In this document: piece after piece, positions 28,318-36,643 of the stretch | Numbering within the stretch: the first letter of the stretch is position 1 | Layout of the letters: each line of letters begins with the position of its first letter | Source of the DNA: Acidobacteriota bacterium | Lineage (GTDB): Bacteria > Acidobacteriota > Thermoanaerobaculia > Gp7-AA8 | Reading direction: 5' to 3' | Length of the DNA: 64,000 nucleotides | Assembly: GCA_019244185.1 (NCBI GenBank) | Contig: JAFATB010000023.1 | Coordinates: 96,001 to 160,000 of the forward strand | Notes under the pieces: model-generated | Seen by the model: only the letters and a program-made list of their open reading frames with translations | What the model was told of the DNA's origin: nothing | The model's database searches: none | Position numbers and translations under genes: made by a program

Positions 28318-29766
28318 CTACTGGGCGCGCATCAGCTGCCGGTAGAAGCGGATCGCGTCGAAGTAGCCGCTCACCGCCACGCGCTCGTTCGTGCCGTGAA
28401 TGCGGTCGAGGTCGGGCTCGCGCAGCGGCAGCGGCACGAAGCGGTAGACGTTGCGCGTGAGCGGCTCGAAGTGACGCGAGTCGGTCGCGCCCATCAGCAG
28501 ATACGGCGCGACGAGCGCGTCGGGATCGACCGCGCGCACGGCGCGTTGCACGCGTTGGAACTGCGGCGCCGACGGATCCGCCACCGGCGACGGCTCCCAC
28601 GCCTCGCCGAAGAGACGCACGCGCGTGTGCGGATCATCGATCGCGCGGCGCACGTGCGCGACGACGTCCGCGATCGTGTCGCCCGGCAGGGTGCGGAAGT
28701 TGATGACGGCGCGCGCGTACGCGGGGATCACGTTGTCCTTCACGCCGCCGCCGATGATCGTCGGCGCGATGGTGGTGCGCAGCATGGCGTTGATCGAATG
28801 CGACTCCTTCGCCTGCAGCGCCAGCAGCGGCTCGAAGAGCCAGAGGTTCGCGAGGACGATGCGCGGCCCGAATGCCACCTCCGGCGCGAGCCAGCGGAAC
28901 ATCTCCGCCGCCGCGCCGCGCACGCCCGCGCGGAACGGCGCGTTCTGCACGCGGTCGACCGCGGCGGCGATCGCGCCGACTTCCGTGCGCGGCGGCGGCA
29001 TCGACGAGTGTCCGCCTTTGCCGCTCGCGCTCAGCTCGATGCTGGCGAGTCCCTTCTCCGCGATGCCGATGAGAGCGACCGGCTTGGTCGTTCCCTCGAT
29101 CGCACCGGTCATGATCGCGCCGCCTTCGTCGAGCACGGCGTCGAGCTTCACGCCGCGCGCGGCCAGCAGTTTCGCGATGCGCGCGGCGCCGCGCGAGCCG
29201 CCGAGCTCCTCGTCTTCGCCGAACGAGAAGAGGAGCGTCCGCCGCGGTCGCCATCCTTCGGCGAGCAGCGACTCCGCTGCTTCGAGGATCGCGATCACCG
29301 TCACCTTGTCGTCGAGCGTGCCGCGACCCCAGACGTAGCCGTTCGCGACCGCGCCGCTGAACGGCGGCTGCTCCCACCGCGACTCGGTGCCCGGCTCGAC
29401 CGGCACGACGTCGTAGTGACCCATCAGCAACTGCGGCGCGAGCGACGGATCGCTGCCGCGCCACGTGTAGAGCAAACTGCGCCCGACGACCTCGCGCTGC
29501 AGCGACGCATGCACGCGCGGATACGCCTGCGCGACCCAGGCGATGAACGCGGCGTGATCTGTCGGTTGATTTTGCTCTTCGAACGAGATCGTCCGGAACT
29601 GGATCGCGCGCGAGAACCGCTGCAACGCGAGCGTGCGATCGATCGTCAGCGGCGGCGCGGGCGTGGCCGGAAGCTGCCGCGACGCCAGCGCAAACGCGCG
29701 CGTGATGAGGATGCCGCCGAGGACGACGACGATCAGCAGCAGAATCGCGAGCAGCCGTTTGATCAC
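28318..29766 (-). CDS. M20 family peptidase (PM20D1/carboxypeptidase S-like)
   Basis: GHYDVVP, WGRGTLDDK, GEDEE, LDEGG, GGHSS, GATDSRH, IHGTNE. Confidence 0.93.
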   Translation of the reverse strand: MIKRLLAILLLIVVVLGGILITRAFALASRQLPATPAPPLTIDRTLALQRFSRAIQFRTISFEEQNQPTDHAAFIAWVAQAYPRVHASLQREVVGRSLLYTWRGSDPSLAPQLLMGHYDVVPVEPGTESRWEQPPFSGAVANGYVWGRGTLDDKVTVIAILEAAESLLAEGWRPRRTLLFSFGEDEELGGSRGAARIAKLLAARGVKLDAVLDEGGAIMTGAIEGTTKPVALIGIAEKGLASIELSASGKGGHSSMPPPRTEVGAIAAAVDRVQNAPFRAGVRGAAAEMFRWLAPEVAFGPRIVLANLWLFEPLLALQAKESHSINAMLRTTIAPTIIGGGVKDNVIPAYARAVINFRTLPGDTIADVVAHVRRAIDDPHTRVRLFGEAWEPSPVADPSAPQFQRVQRAVRAVDPDALVAPYLLMGATDSRHFEPLTRNVYRFVPLPLREPDLDRIHGTNERVAVSGYFDAIRFYRQLMRAQ

Positions 29767-30587
29767 GCCGGCCGCGCCTCGATGTACGCCATCGGAATCG
29801 TCAGCGTGAGCGTGCCGTGCGCGTCGAGCCGCGTCCGCAGCTCGCGAAAGACGTCCTGCCGTTCTTCCCGCGCGACGTCTTTCCACGCTTCCAGAAAGCC
29901 GAGCTTGATGAAGTAATGGTCGAGCAGCGCCGTGCCGCTCGCGAAGCGCATCGTGCCGCGGCGCTCGACCACGCGGACGACGTGGAAGCCGCCGTCTTCG
30001 AGCAGCGTGCGCACGCTGTCGACGGTCGCGCGATGTTCGACGTGCTCGTGCAGGCGCTCGATGGCGCGTTCGTCGTTCCGCGCGCGCAGCACGTCTTCGA
30101 AGACGGCGTAGAACTCCTGCATGTGCCCCTGCAGGTTCGTCGTCAGCGCGAGCGTGGCGCCCTCGCGCGCGACGCGGCGGCATTCGCGGATCGCGCCGGC
30201 GCGGTCGTCGAAGTTGTTGAGGCCGAGGTTGGAGACGATGAGGTCGAAGGCCGCGTCGTCGAACAGCATCGACGACGCGCTGCCCTCGTGCAGCACGACG
30301 TTGGGCGTGCCGCGGTCGGCGAGCTTCTGCCGCGCGCGCTCGAGCGCGGCGGTCCACGGATCGAGGCCGTGCACGGTGGCCGCGGATCCGAGGCGATCGG
30401 CGAGCTCGATCAGTGGAAAGCCGGTGCCGCACCCAACGTCGAGCGCGTCGCGTACGTTCGCGAGCGGGACTTCATCGAGCAGCAGCAGGCCGAACATCGC
30501 CGACCAGAGCGGCAGCTCGTCATAGCTGCGGACGACCGCGGGCGACGAGAAGTCGGCGACGAAGTCGAGAAACGCGAGGTCGTCCAC
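29763..30587 (-). CDS. Class I SAM-dependent methyltransferase
   Basis: LDVGCGTGFP, GLDPW, FDLIVSNLG; GTGA overlap with the M20 gene. Confidence 0.88.
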   Translation of the reverse strand: MDDLAFLDFVADFSSPAVVRSYDELPLWSAMFGLLLLDEVPLANVRDALDVGCGTGFPLIELADRLGSAATVHGLDPWTAALERARQKLADRGTPNVVLHEGSASSMLFDDAAFDLIVSNLGLNNFDDRAGAIRECRRVAREGATLALTTNLQGHMQEFYAVFEDVLRARNDERAIERLHEHVEHRATVDSVRTLLEDGGFHVVRVVERRGTMRFASGTALLDHYFIKLGFLEAWKDVAREERQDVFRELRTRLDAHGTLTLTIPMAYIEARPA

Positions 30588-30652
30588 GCGTGCGATCGTA
30601 TCGCACGCGTGGAACGTCGCCCGCGAGGGCGCGTTAGAACAGGCGAAGCGCG

Positions 30653-31198
30653 TTAGAGGCCGGCGCGAATCTGGCGCGCGCGGTCGAGGTGGCTCGCCAC
30701 CGCGGCGCGCTGCGTCTCGAGGAGCGTGCGCATCTCGCCGCGCGAGGAGGGGATGAGCACCGTGTCCATCGTCGTGAGCAGCCACTGGTGCACGTCCACC
30801 TGCGACTGCATGTACATGCGGTCGAATGCCGCGCCGTTGTACGTCGCGAGGTTCGTGACCGTGCGCTGCGCGCCTTCGCGCAGCGTGCGCATCGTGTCGT
30901 TCTCCGCCGGCGTCACGTTGTTGCGCGCGAACGCGTCGCGCGCCGCCGTGAGTGCCGCGGTATGGTCGCTGACCATCATCTGCGCGAACGCGCGCACCTC
31001 GGCGGACGTCGCCCGCGGCGCGGCCGCCTGTCCTTCCTGAATCTCCCCTTCATTCGCCGTCGCGACGATCCCCGCGACGTCATTCGCCGATAGCGCGCCC
31101 GGCATCGTGGCCATGTTTGCGTTCGAGTGCATGCTCCCGCACGCGGTCGCCAGCCAGAGCATGGGCAGGCACAACAGAACGACTGTTCCCTTCTTCAT
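30653..31198 (-). CDS. DUF4142 family (ferritin-like) lipoprotein
   Basis: Lipobox LATAC; ANEGEI...VRAFAQMMVSDH...FDRMYM..QVDVH; GGAGGAG RBS. Confidence 0.85.
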   Translation of the reverse strand: MKKGTVVLLCLPMLWLATACGSMHSNANMATMPGALSANDVAGIVATANEGEIQEGQAAAPRATSAEVRAFAQMMVSDHTAALTAARDAFARNNVTPAENDTMRTLREGAQRTVTNLATYNGAAFDRMYMQSQVDVHQWLLTTMDTVLIPSSRGEMRTLLETQRAAVASHLDRARQIRAGL

Positions 31199-31348
31199 TT
31201 CGCTGACTCCTCCTTCCACGCGTCGGAGCAAGCCCCGCGCCCGCTGTTGCGCGGCACGCAAACGCGTCCGAAGACCGGTAGCGAAGCAACCCCGAATGTT
31301 CGCAGCGGTTTTTGCGCGGTACGCGAACTGCAGGCATACAATGCCGTG

Positions 31349-31747
31349 ATGCCTCCGCCCTCCCCCTCGATCGGAGACAACCTCCGCCACGCCCGCTCGG
31401 AGCTCGGTCTTTCGCTCGCGAAAGTCGCCGCGCAGGCGGACATCAGCGTGGCCACGCTCTCGCGCATCGAGACCGACAAACAGAACCTCGACGTCGCCCT
31501 ACTCACGAAGCTCGCCCACATCCTCGGCACCGCCCCCGCGGCGCTCTTCGGACAAGCCGACGACGGCGACCGCACGAAAGTCACCCGCACCCTCGCCAGC
31601 CTCCCGCCGCGCGAACGCGCCCGCGTCTTCTTCGACGCCTCCCGCCGCGACGGCGTCTCGATCGACGACCTGCTGTCGATGATCGACGTCCTCCGCGACG
31701 AGCTCTCCCGCCTCCAGCGCAAGAGCCGCGTCCGCCGCCGGAACTGA
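31349..31747 (+). CDS. XRE family HTH transcriptional regulator
   Basis: IGDNLRHAR..LGLSLAKVA..ADISVATLSRIET. Confidence 0.88.
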   Translation: MPPPSPSIGDNLRHARSELGLSLAKVAAQADISVATLSRIETDKQNLDVALLTKLAHILGTAPAALFGQADDGDRTKVTRTLASLPPRERARVFFDASRRDGVSIDDLLSMIDVLRDELSRLQRKSRVRRRN

Positions 31748-31759
31748 CCGCGCGCCGCG

Positions 31760-31768
31760 TGCTAGAAT
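31760..31768 (+). promoter_or_regulatory. Extended -10 element for tRNA-Gly
   Basis: TGcTAGAAT 13 nt upstream of the tRNA. Confidence 0.55.
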
Positions 31769-31781
31769 CGCGGTCCCTCAA

Positions 31782-31857
31782 GCGGGCATAGCTCAGTTGG
31801 TAGAGTAGGAGCTTCCCAAGCTCTTGGTCGCGGGTTCGAATCCCGTTGCCCGCTCCA
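31782..31857 (+). tRNA. tRNA-Gly (CCC)
   Basis: GCGGGCATAGCTCAGTTGGTAGAGTAGGAGCTTCCCAAGCTCTTGGTCGCGGGTTCGAATCCCGTTGCCCGCTCCA; 76 nt with CCA. Confidence 0.97.
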
Positions 31858-31914
31858 ATCGATCCACGCTATCGCCTGCCGGCATTGCCACGCCCGCAGC
31901 TCGATGAACACGCA

Positions 31915-33948
31915 CTACTCACATTCATCGATCTCGCGAAGGGCGCGGCGCCGGTCGGCGTCGTTACCGCGCCTGCGCGCAATGTCCGCTGCCGTGGCGA
32001 ACGCGCGCCTGGCGCGCGCCTTTTGCCCCGCGTCGCGCAGCACAATGCCGCGATTGAAGTAATTCGTCCAGAGCCACGGGTCGTTGTGCTTGCGGAGCGT
32101 GGGAGCGGCGGTCGCGAGCTCCGCGATCGCCGCATCGATGTCGCCGTCGAGAATCGCCGTCAGCAGCGCGCGCTGCGTCAACGTCCGCGCTCGTTCCACG
32201 CCGCCTCTCTGTTGCGCGAGCACATCTGCAAGGTGTTCGTCGCTCTCCTCGAGCTTGCGATATACCGCCGGCGCCATTCCTTTGCGATCCCGCAGCACGA
32301 GCGCCTCTTCGTAGAGAAGCCACGCGAGATTGACGCGGACCGCGCGCACCAGATCGGAGCTTCCAGCGACCTGGGCATACGGAAGTGCGCGACGGAACGC
32401 GCGCTCCGCGTCGCGGAATCGGTGCTGGTGAAGCGCGAGGATGCCCGCTTCATTCAGAGCACCGCCGACGCCGTTCCGGTCGCGGAGCCGTGCGTACAGC
32501 CGTGCTGCCCGCCGGTACGCATCCTCGGCCTCCGCGTGCTTGCCGCGGTCGCGAAAGAATGCAGCGAGGCGGTCGTACCCGCGTGCTTCTTGCTCGGGCT
32601 CGTTCCGCGACAGAGCGATCGAATGGCGGAACAGTCGTTCCACTCGCTTCGCCGGCGCACCCGCCTCGAGTTCCATTTCGGCCAGCCGGCGTGACGCGGC
32701 GGCAGGCGTGCCGGGCCGCGTCGAACGGAGTAGTGCGCGGTAGATGGAGCGCGCGAATGCGCGGTCACGTTCCTCGTTGTAAATCGCGAGGTTGTACCGG
32801 TAATCCTGGAGCGTCCACGGGTCACGGCAATGCGGAACGTGGCGCTCGCAGCGGCGCAGCATGCGACCAACGTAGCGGTCGTCCCACAGGCGCATGCTGG
32901 CCATGTTGCTGCCAATGCGCAGCGCGATGCACGAGCGGCCATGTTTCTCAGCGAGGCGGAGCATGCGGCCGCCGACGCGGGCGTAATCACGGGCCAGGCC
33001 GCCGGTCCAGAACATCCGATCGTTGTTCATGAAGACGTCGAGCTTCTCGTCCGCGGTGCGCGCCGCGGCGACCCGCTTTTCCAGCGCCTCGACCGCGCGC
33101 GACTTCTCCTCGGCGAGACGATTGGCCCGCCGCGCTGGTGCGAGCGCTGCGAGGAACGCCGTGATCATCGGGTATTCGCCGTCGACGTACCAGATCGGAC
33201 GGATACCGAGGCGCGCCAGCGCCGCCGCGCGTTTCTTTCGCGACGCGTCGCCCGCGGGCGCGGGAAGAATCGCAAAATGCTGGCGCCGGCCGGCGCGGCG
33301 GATCAGGCGCAAATACCGGTCGCTTTCGACGCGGCAGCCGAGGAACAACACTGGTTTTGCAGAGAACAGCGCGACCAGCATCTCCGCGAGCTGCGCGTCC
33401 TCGGCATAATGCTGGTCGTACTCGCTCCGCGTGAGCACGCGTCCACGCGGCGTTCGCGCGTCGCCGTGAATCTTGATGAGCACGTGCTGTTGCTCGCGCA
33501 AGGCCCGCTTCGCCAACAACGGAAGCCCGCTCCAGAGCTCGTGATCGAACGGCAATTGCGCGTGTAAGAACACCTCCTCGAGGACGTGATCGAAATTAGT
33601 GGTGACGACAGCGCCGCGTGCGAGCCGCGGCACGAGCTCCGCGGCGGTGTCGCGCTGCTTCCGCGGTGCTTTGCCGAAGATGCGTGAAATCTCACGGTCG
33701 AACCACGCGCGGCCGCGCGCCGCGAGGATGTCCTCGGCCGCCTCCTCGAATTCACCGCGGGCGATGCGTTGCCGCACATCGACGGCGGCCTCCGCGCTGC
33801 AGTCTCTGAGGAAACTCGCCCACAGGGGGAAGCCGTACGGAAACGACAAGCCCGCGCCGACGAACGGCGTCACACCCGTGCGCGTGATGGCCGAACGCAA
33901 CGCTGGAATGGCCCGCCCGTTACCAGGAAACTCGTCGATCGGCGTCAC
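31915..33948 (-). CDS. SIR2-like domain protein with C-terminal TPR repeats
   Basis: PFVGAGLS..FPLW, VVTTNFD, IKIHGD, VLFLGC (SIR2_2 motifs), followed by TPR-like helices (AEAEDAYRRA, DAERAFRRAL, KARARRAFATA). Start GTG 33948 is inferred. Confidence 0.82.
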   Translation of the reverse strand: MTPIDEFPGNGRAIPALRSAITRTGVTPFVGAGLSFPYGFPLWASFLRDCSAEAAVDVRQRIARGEFEEAAEDILAARGRAWFDREISRIFGKAPRKQRDTAAELVPRLARGAVVTTNFDHVLEEVFLHAQLPFDHELWSGLPLLAKRALREQQHVLIKIHGDARTPRGRVLTRSEYDQHYAEDAQLAEMLVALFSAKPVLFLGCRVESDRYLRLIRRAGRRQHFAILPAPAGDASRKKRAAALARLGIRPIWYVDGEYPMITAFLAALAPARRANRLAEEKSRAVEALEKRVAAARTADEKLDVFMNNDRMFWTGGLARDYARVGGRMLRLAEKHGRSCIALRIGSNMASMRLWDDRYVGRMLRRCERHVPHCRDPWTLQDYRYNLAIYNEERDRAFARSIYRALLRSTRPGTPAAASRRLAEMELEAGAPAKRVERLFRHSIALSRNEPEQEARGYDRLAAFFRDRGKHAEAEDAYRRAARLYARLRDRNGVGGALNEAGILALHQHRFRDAERAFRRALPYAQVAGSSDLVRAVRVNLAWLLYEEALVLRDRKGMAPAVYRKLEESDEHLADVLAQQRGGVERARTLTQRALLTAILDGDIDAAIAELATAAPTLRKHNDPWLWTNYFNRGIVLRDAGQKARARRAFATAADIARRRGNDADRRRALREIDECE

Positions 33949-34079
33949 TGAGGAATCTCCGCTTCCACGACACGCGGCTGATGAGGAGCAACACCGCGGC
34001 CACCGCGATACGAGGCATTTGGGCGCACGCGTCGGCTCCGCGACACCCCATCGCACACCTCTTGCACCCGCTGCAACGC

Positions 34080-34511
34080 ATGAAGCGCACACTCGTTTTT
34101 CTCGTCATCTTTGCCGCGGCGTGCGCGTCCGGGAATCAGTCGAATGGCCCGAACGTGCAGGTGGCGTTGCAGCAGACGACCTCGGGGTCGAACATCTTTT
34201 ACTTCCCGGGGCCGGTGAACATTGAATATGTGCTGTCGGTGATGAATCCGACGGCGCAGACGATCACGCTGAAGCGGGTCGATCTCGCGACGCGGGGGCA
34301 GGGGGCGTATCAGTTGCGCACGTCCGGGAACATCAATCTGCGCGTGCCGCCGAACTCCACGGCGTCGCAGGCGATTTACGCGTGGGGGCGTTCGCGTGGC
34401 GGCATGCTGATGTCGGGCGAGCCGGTCACGATGCAGATCACGGCCGTGTTCGACGACGGCACGGGGCGCACGTTCTCGCGGCTCGCGTTGCAGAATCTCG
34501 CGCAGCCGTGA
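34080..34511 (+). CDS. Hypothetical lipoprotein
   Basis: MKRTLVFLVIFAAAC lipobox, beta-rich body. Confidence 0.75.
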   Translation: MKRTLVFLVIFAAACASGNQSNGPNVQVALQQTTSGSNIFYFPGPVNIEYVLSVMNPTAQTITLKRVDLATRGQGAYQLRTSGNINLRVPPNSTASQAIYAWGRSRGGMLMSGEPVTMQITAVFDDGTGRTFSRLALQNLAQP

Positions 34512-34521
34512 GCGGCCGGCG

Positions 34522-35865
34522 CTAATGCGGCGGCGCGGAGGTCGACGCCGGGCAGTAGCACGTCATGAACGACGACGCGGTGAGCATGCGGAAGCCGCAC
34601 GCATAGCCCTGCCAGCTCGCGAGCGCGTCGGCGGCGCTCTTCGGCGCGCCCGCGGCCATGAACGTGAAGAACTGCGTGCGCATGGTCGTGTTGTCGTGCA
34701 TGGCGGAGTCGATCGCGGCGAGCGACGCGGTGTCGTAGCGCCGCTGGCCGTACGCCTCGTCGAACGCGTACTCGCGCGCCCACGGCGCGGTGACGTTCGG
34801 GAGGTGGTGGGCGGTGTAGTCGAGCACCTCCGCGTTCTCGTTGATGTGCACGATCTCGAACGCGGGGTTGTTGCCGAAGACCGGCGAGATCGACGGCGTG
34901 ATGTGGATGAACGCGCCGTTCGCGATGCGGAACTCGTCCTGATGCGTGTGCCCCGCGAACGAGCCGCGGATCGTCGCGCGATGATTCGCGGTGATGCGGA
35001 GGTACGGCTCCTGGTACTGGTCTTTCCAGAACGTCTGCGCCTTCACGCCGGGGCAGCTGCCGCCGTACTCCATCGTGTCGTAGACGTCCATGCCGGGCGG
35101 GATGTGAAACAGCAGCCACACGCGCTTGTGCTCGTCGCGCGCGAGGCGCAGCTCGTCGTCGAGCCAGCGCAGTTCCTGCAGGCCGGCGTCGGGACCCGGC
35201 TTGCCGCACGGGTTCTTGTAGTCGGTCGAGAAGAAGTTCGTGTTGATGGCGATGATGCGCAGGTTCCGCACGCCCGGCACGTCGGCGTGGTAGTAGCCGC
35301 CGGTCGGGAAGCGGCGGACGAACGAGCGCGAGTCGACGGCGGGGCTCCAGATGTCGCGGAAGTTCGCCAGAAAGATCGAATTCGGCGCGACCGCGTAGTC
35401 GCCGCAGTCGGAGTCGTTGTTGCCGAGGGTCGGATAGATGCGGACGTGTGGGAAAGCGTCGCGCAGGACGGAGGCCACGTACGCGACGGTCTTCGTCACG
35501 AACGCGGTGTACGCGGTCTGGCTCTTGTCGGTCGCGTACTGCTGGTACTTCTGCTGAAACTTGTGCGCGAGGAAGTCGCCGGAGATCAGCACGAACGCGG
35601 GCTTCGGCAGCTGCGTCTTCATCTCGGCGACGGCTGAGCGCAACAGCGGATCGTTGACGTCGCTGCCGTAGGTGCTGAACGTCGTCGTCGACGATGACGC
35701 GAGAATCGCGGGCCACTGCGCGACGTTGGCTGCCTCGAGTTTCGGCACGAGCGACGGATCGGCGAACGGATCGAAGTGGATGTCGGAGACGGAGAGGAAG
35801 GTCTCCGCGTGCGCGCTGAACGTGAGGCCGATGAGCAGGGCAACTGCCGTCACGAAATTCTTCAT
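34522..35865 (-). CDS. Secreted metallophosphoesterase, acid sphingomyelinase-like (SMPDL3-type)
   Basis: SDIHFD, SGDFLAH, LGNND, FHIPPG, AGHTHQDEF, PSISPVFGNNP; signal peptide. Confidence 0.85.
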   Translation of the reverse strand: MKNFVTAVALLIGLTFSAHAETFLSVSDIHFDPFADPSLVPKLEAANVAQWPAILASSSTTTFSTYGSDVNDPLLRSAVAEMKTQLPKPAFVLISGDFLAHKFQQKYQQYATDKSQTAYTAFVTKTVAYVASVLRDAFPHVRIYPTLGNNDSDCGDYAVAPNSIFLANFRDIWSPAVDSRSFVRRFPTGGYYHADVPGVRNLRIIAINTNFFSTDYKNPCGKPGPDAGLQELRWLDDELRLARDEHKRVWLLFHIPPGMDVYDTMEYGGSCPGVKAQTFWKDQYQEPYLRITANHRATIRGSFAGHTHQDEFRIANGAFIHITPSISPVFGNNPAFEIVHINENAEVLDYTAHHLPNVTAPWAREYAFDEAYGQRRYDTASLAAIDSAMHDNTTMRTQFFTFMAAGAPKSAADALASWQGYACGFRMLTASSFMTCYCPASTSAPPH

Positions 35866-35925
35866 AACGCGGATGGTAGTGCGGATCGGCTGGTCCGGCC
35901 TCACTCGCTGCGATATCGTCGCCGC

Positions 35926-36642
35926 ATGACCGACGACGAGGTCCGCGCGCGGATCGCAGCGATTCCGCACTGGTATCACCCGATCGAAGTGCGTCCGGGA
36001 ATCGTCACGCCGGGCGCGAACGCGGCCCGGCTGGTGCTCGGGACGCTCCAGCTTCCCGCCGATTGCCGCGGCCTGCGCGCGCTCGACCTCGGCACGCGCG
36101 ACGGCTTCTTCGCCTTCGAGCTGGAGCGCCGCGGCGCCGAGGTCGTCGCGGTCGATTACGTGGCGAAGACCGACACCGGATTCGCGCTCGCCGCCGAGCT
36201 GCTCGGGTCGCGCGTCACGTACCTTCAACGCAATCTGTACGAGCTCACCGCCGCCGAGCTGGGCACGTTCGACGTCGTGCTGTTCCTCGGCCTCCTCTAT
36301 CACTTGCCCGATCCGCTCGGTGCGCTGCGCATCGTGCGCAATCTCACGGCGCAGCGCATGTATCTCGAGACGCTGGTGCTCGATTTCGGCGCGGAGATGA
36401 ACGAGCTTCCGCTGATGCGGTTCTTCGCCGGCTCGAGCTGGGCCGGCGATCCGACGAACTACTGGGGACCGAACGTGCGCTGCGTCGAGGACATGCTCGG
36501 CGAGAGCGAGTTCGCCGCGCGCCGCGTGGTGCGCCTCGGCGACCGCTGCGTCTTCGCATGCGAGGCGATCTCGAGTCCCGCCGAAGCGTATTACCTCGAG
36601 ATCGCCACCGGCCGCCGCGTGCCGGAGAGCGCCGGCTCCTGA
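35926..36642 (+). CDS. SAM-dependent methyltransferase (paralog of 16445-17179)
   Basis: WYHPIEV.PG, LDLGTRDGFF, LGLLYHLPDP, DPTNYWGPN. Confidence 0.85.
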   Translation: MTDDEVRARIAAIPHWYHPIEVRPGIVTPGANAARLVLGTLQLPADCRGLRALDLGTRDGFFAFELERRGAEVVAVDYVAKTDTGFALAAELLGSRVTYLQRNLYELTAAELGTFDVVLFLGLLYHLPDPLGALRIVRNLTAQRMYLETLVLDFGAEMNELPLMRFFAGSSWAGDPTNYWGPNVRCVEDMLGESEFAARRVVRLGDRCVFACEAISSPAEAYYLEIATGRRVPESAGS

Positions 36643-36643
36643 A

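Noticed and set aside
34060-34078. TTGCACCCGCTGCAA resembling the tRNA-Gly 3' end (possible attR beyond the SIR2-TPR gene)
   Set aside because: Needs a gap and a mismatch over ~13 nt; too weak to call.
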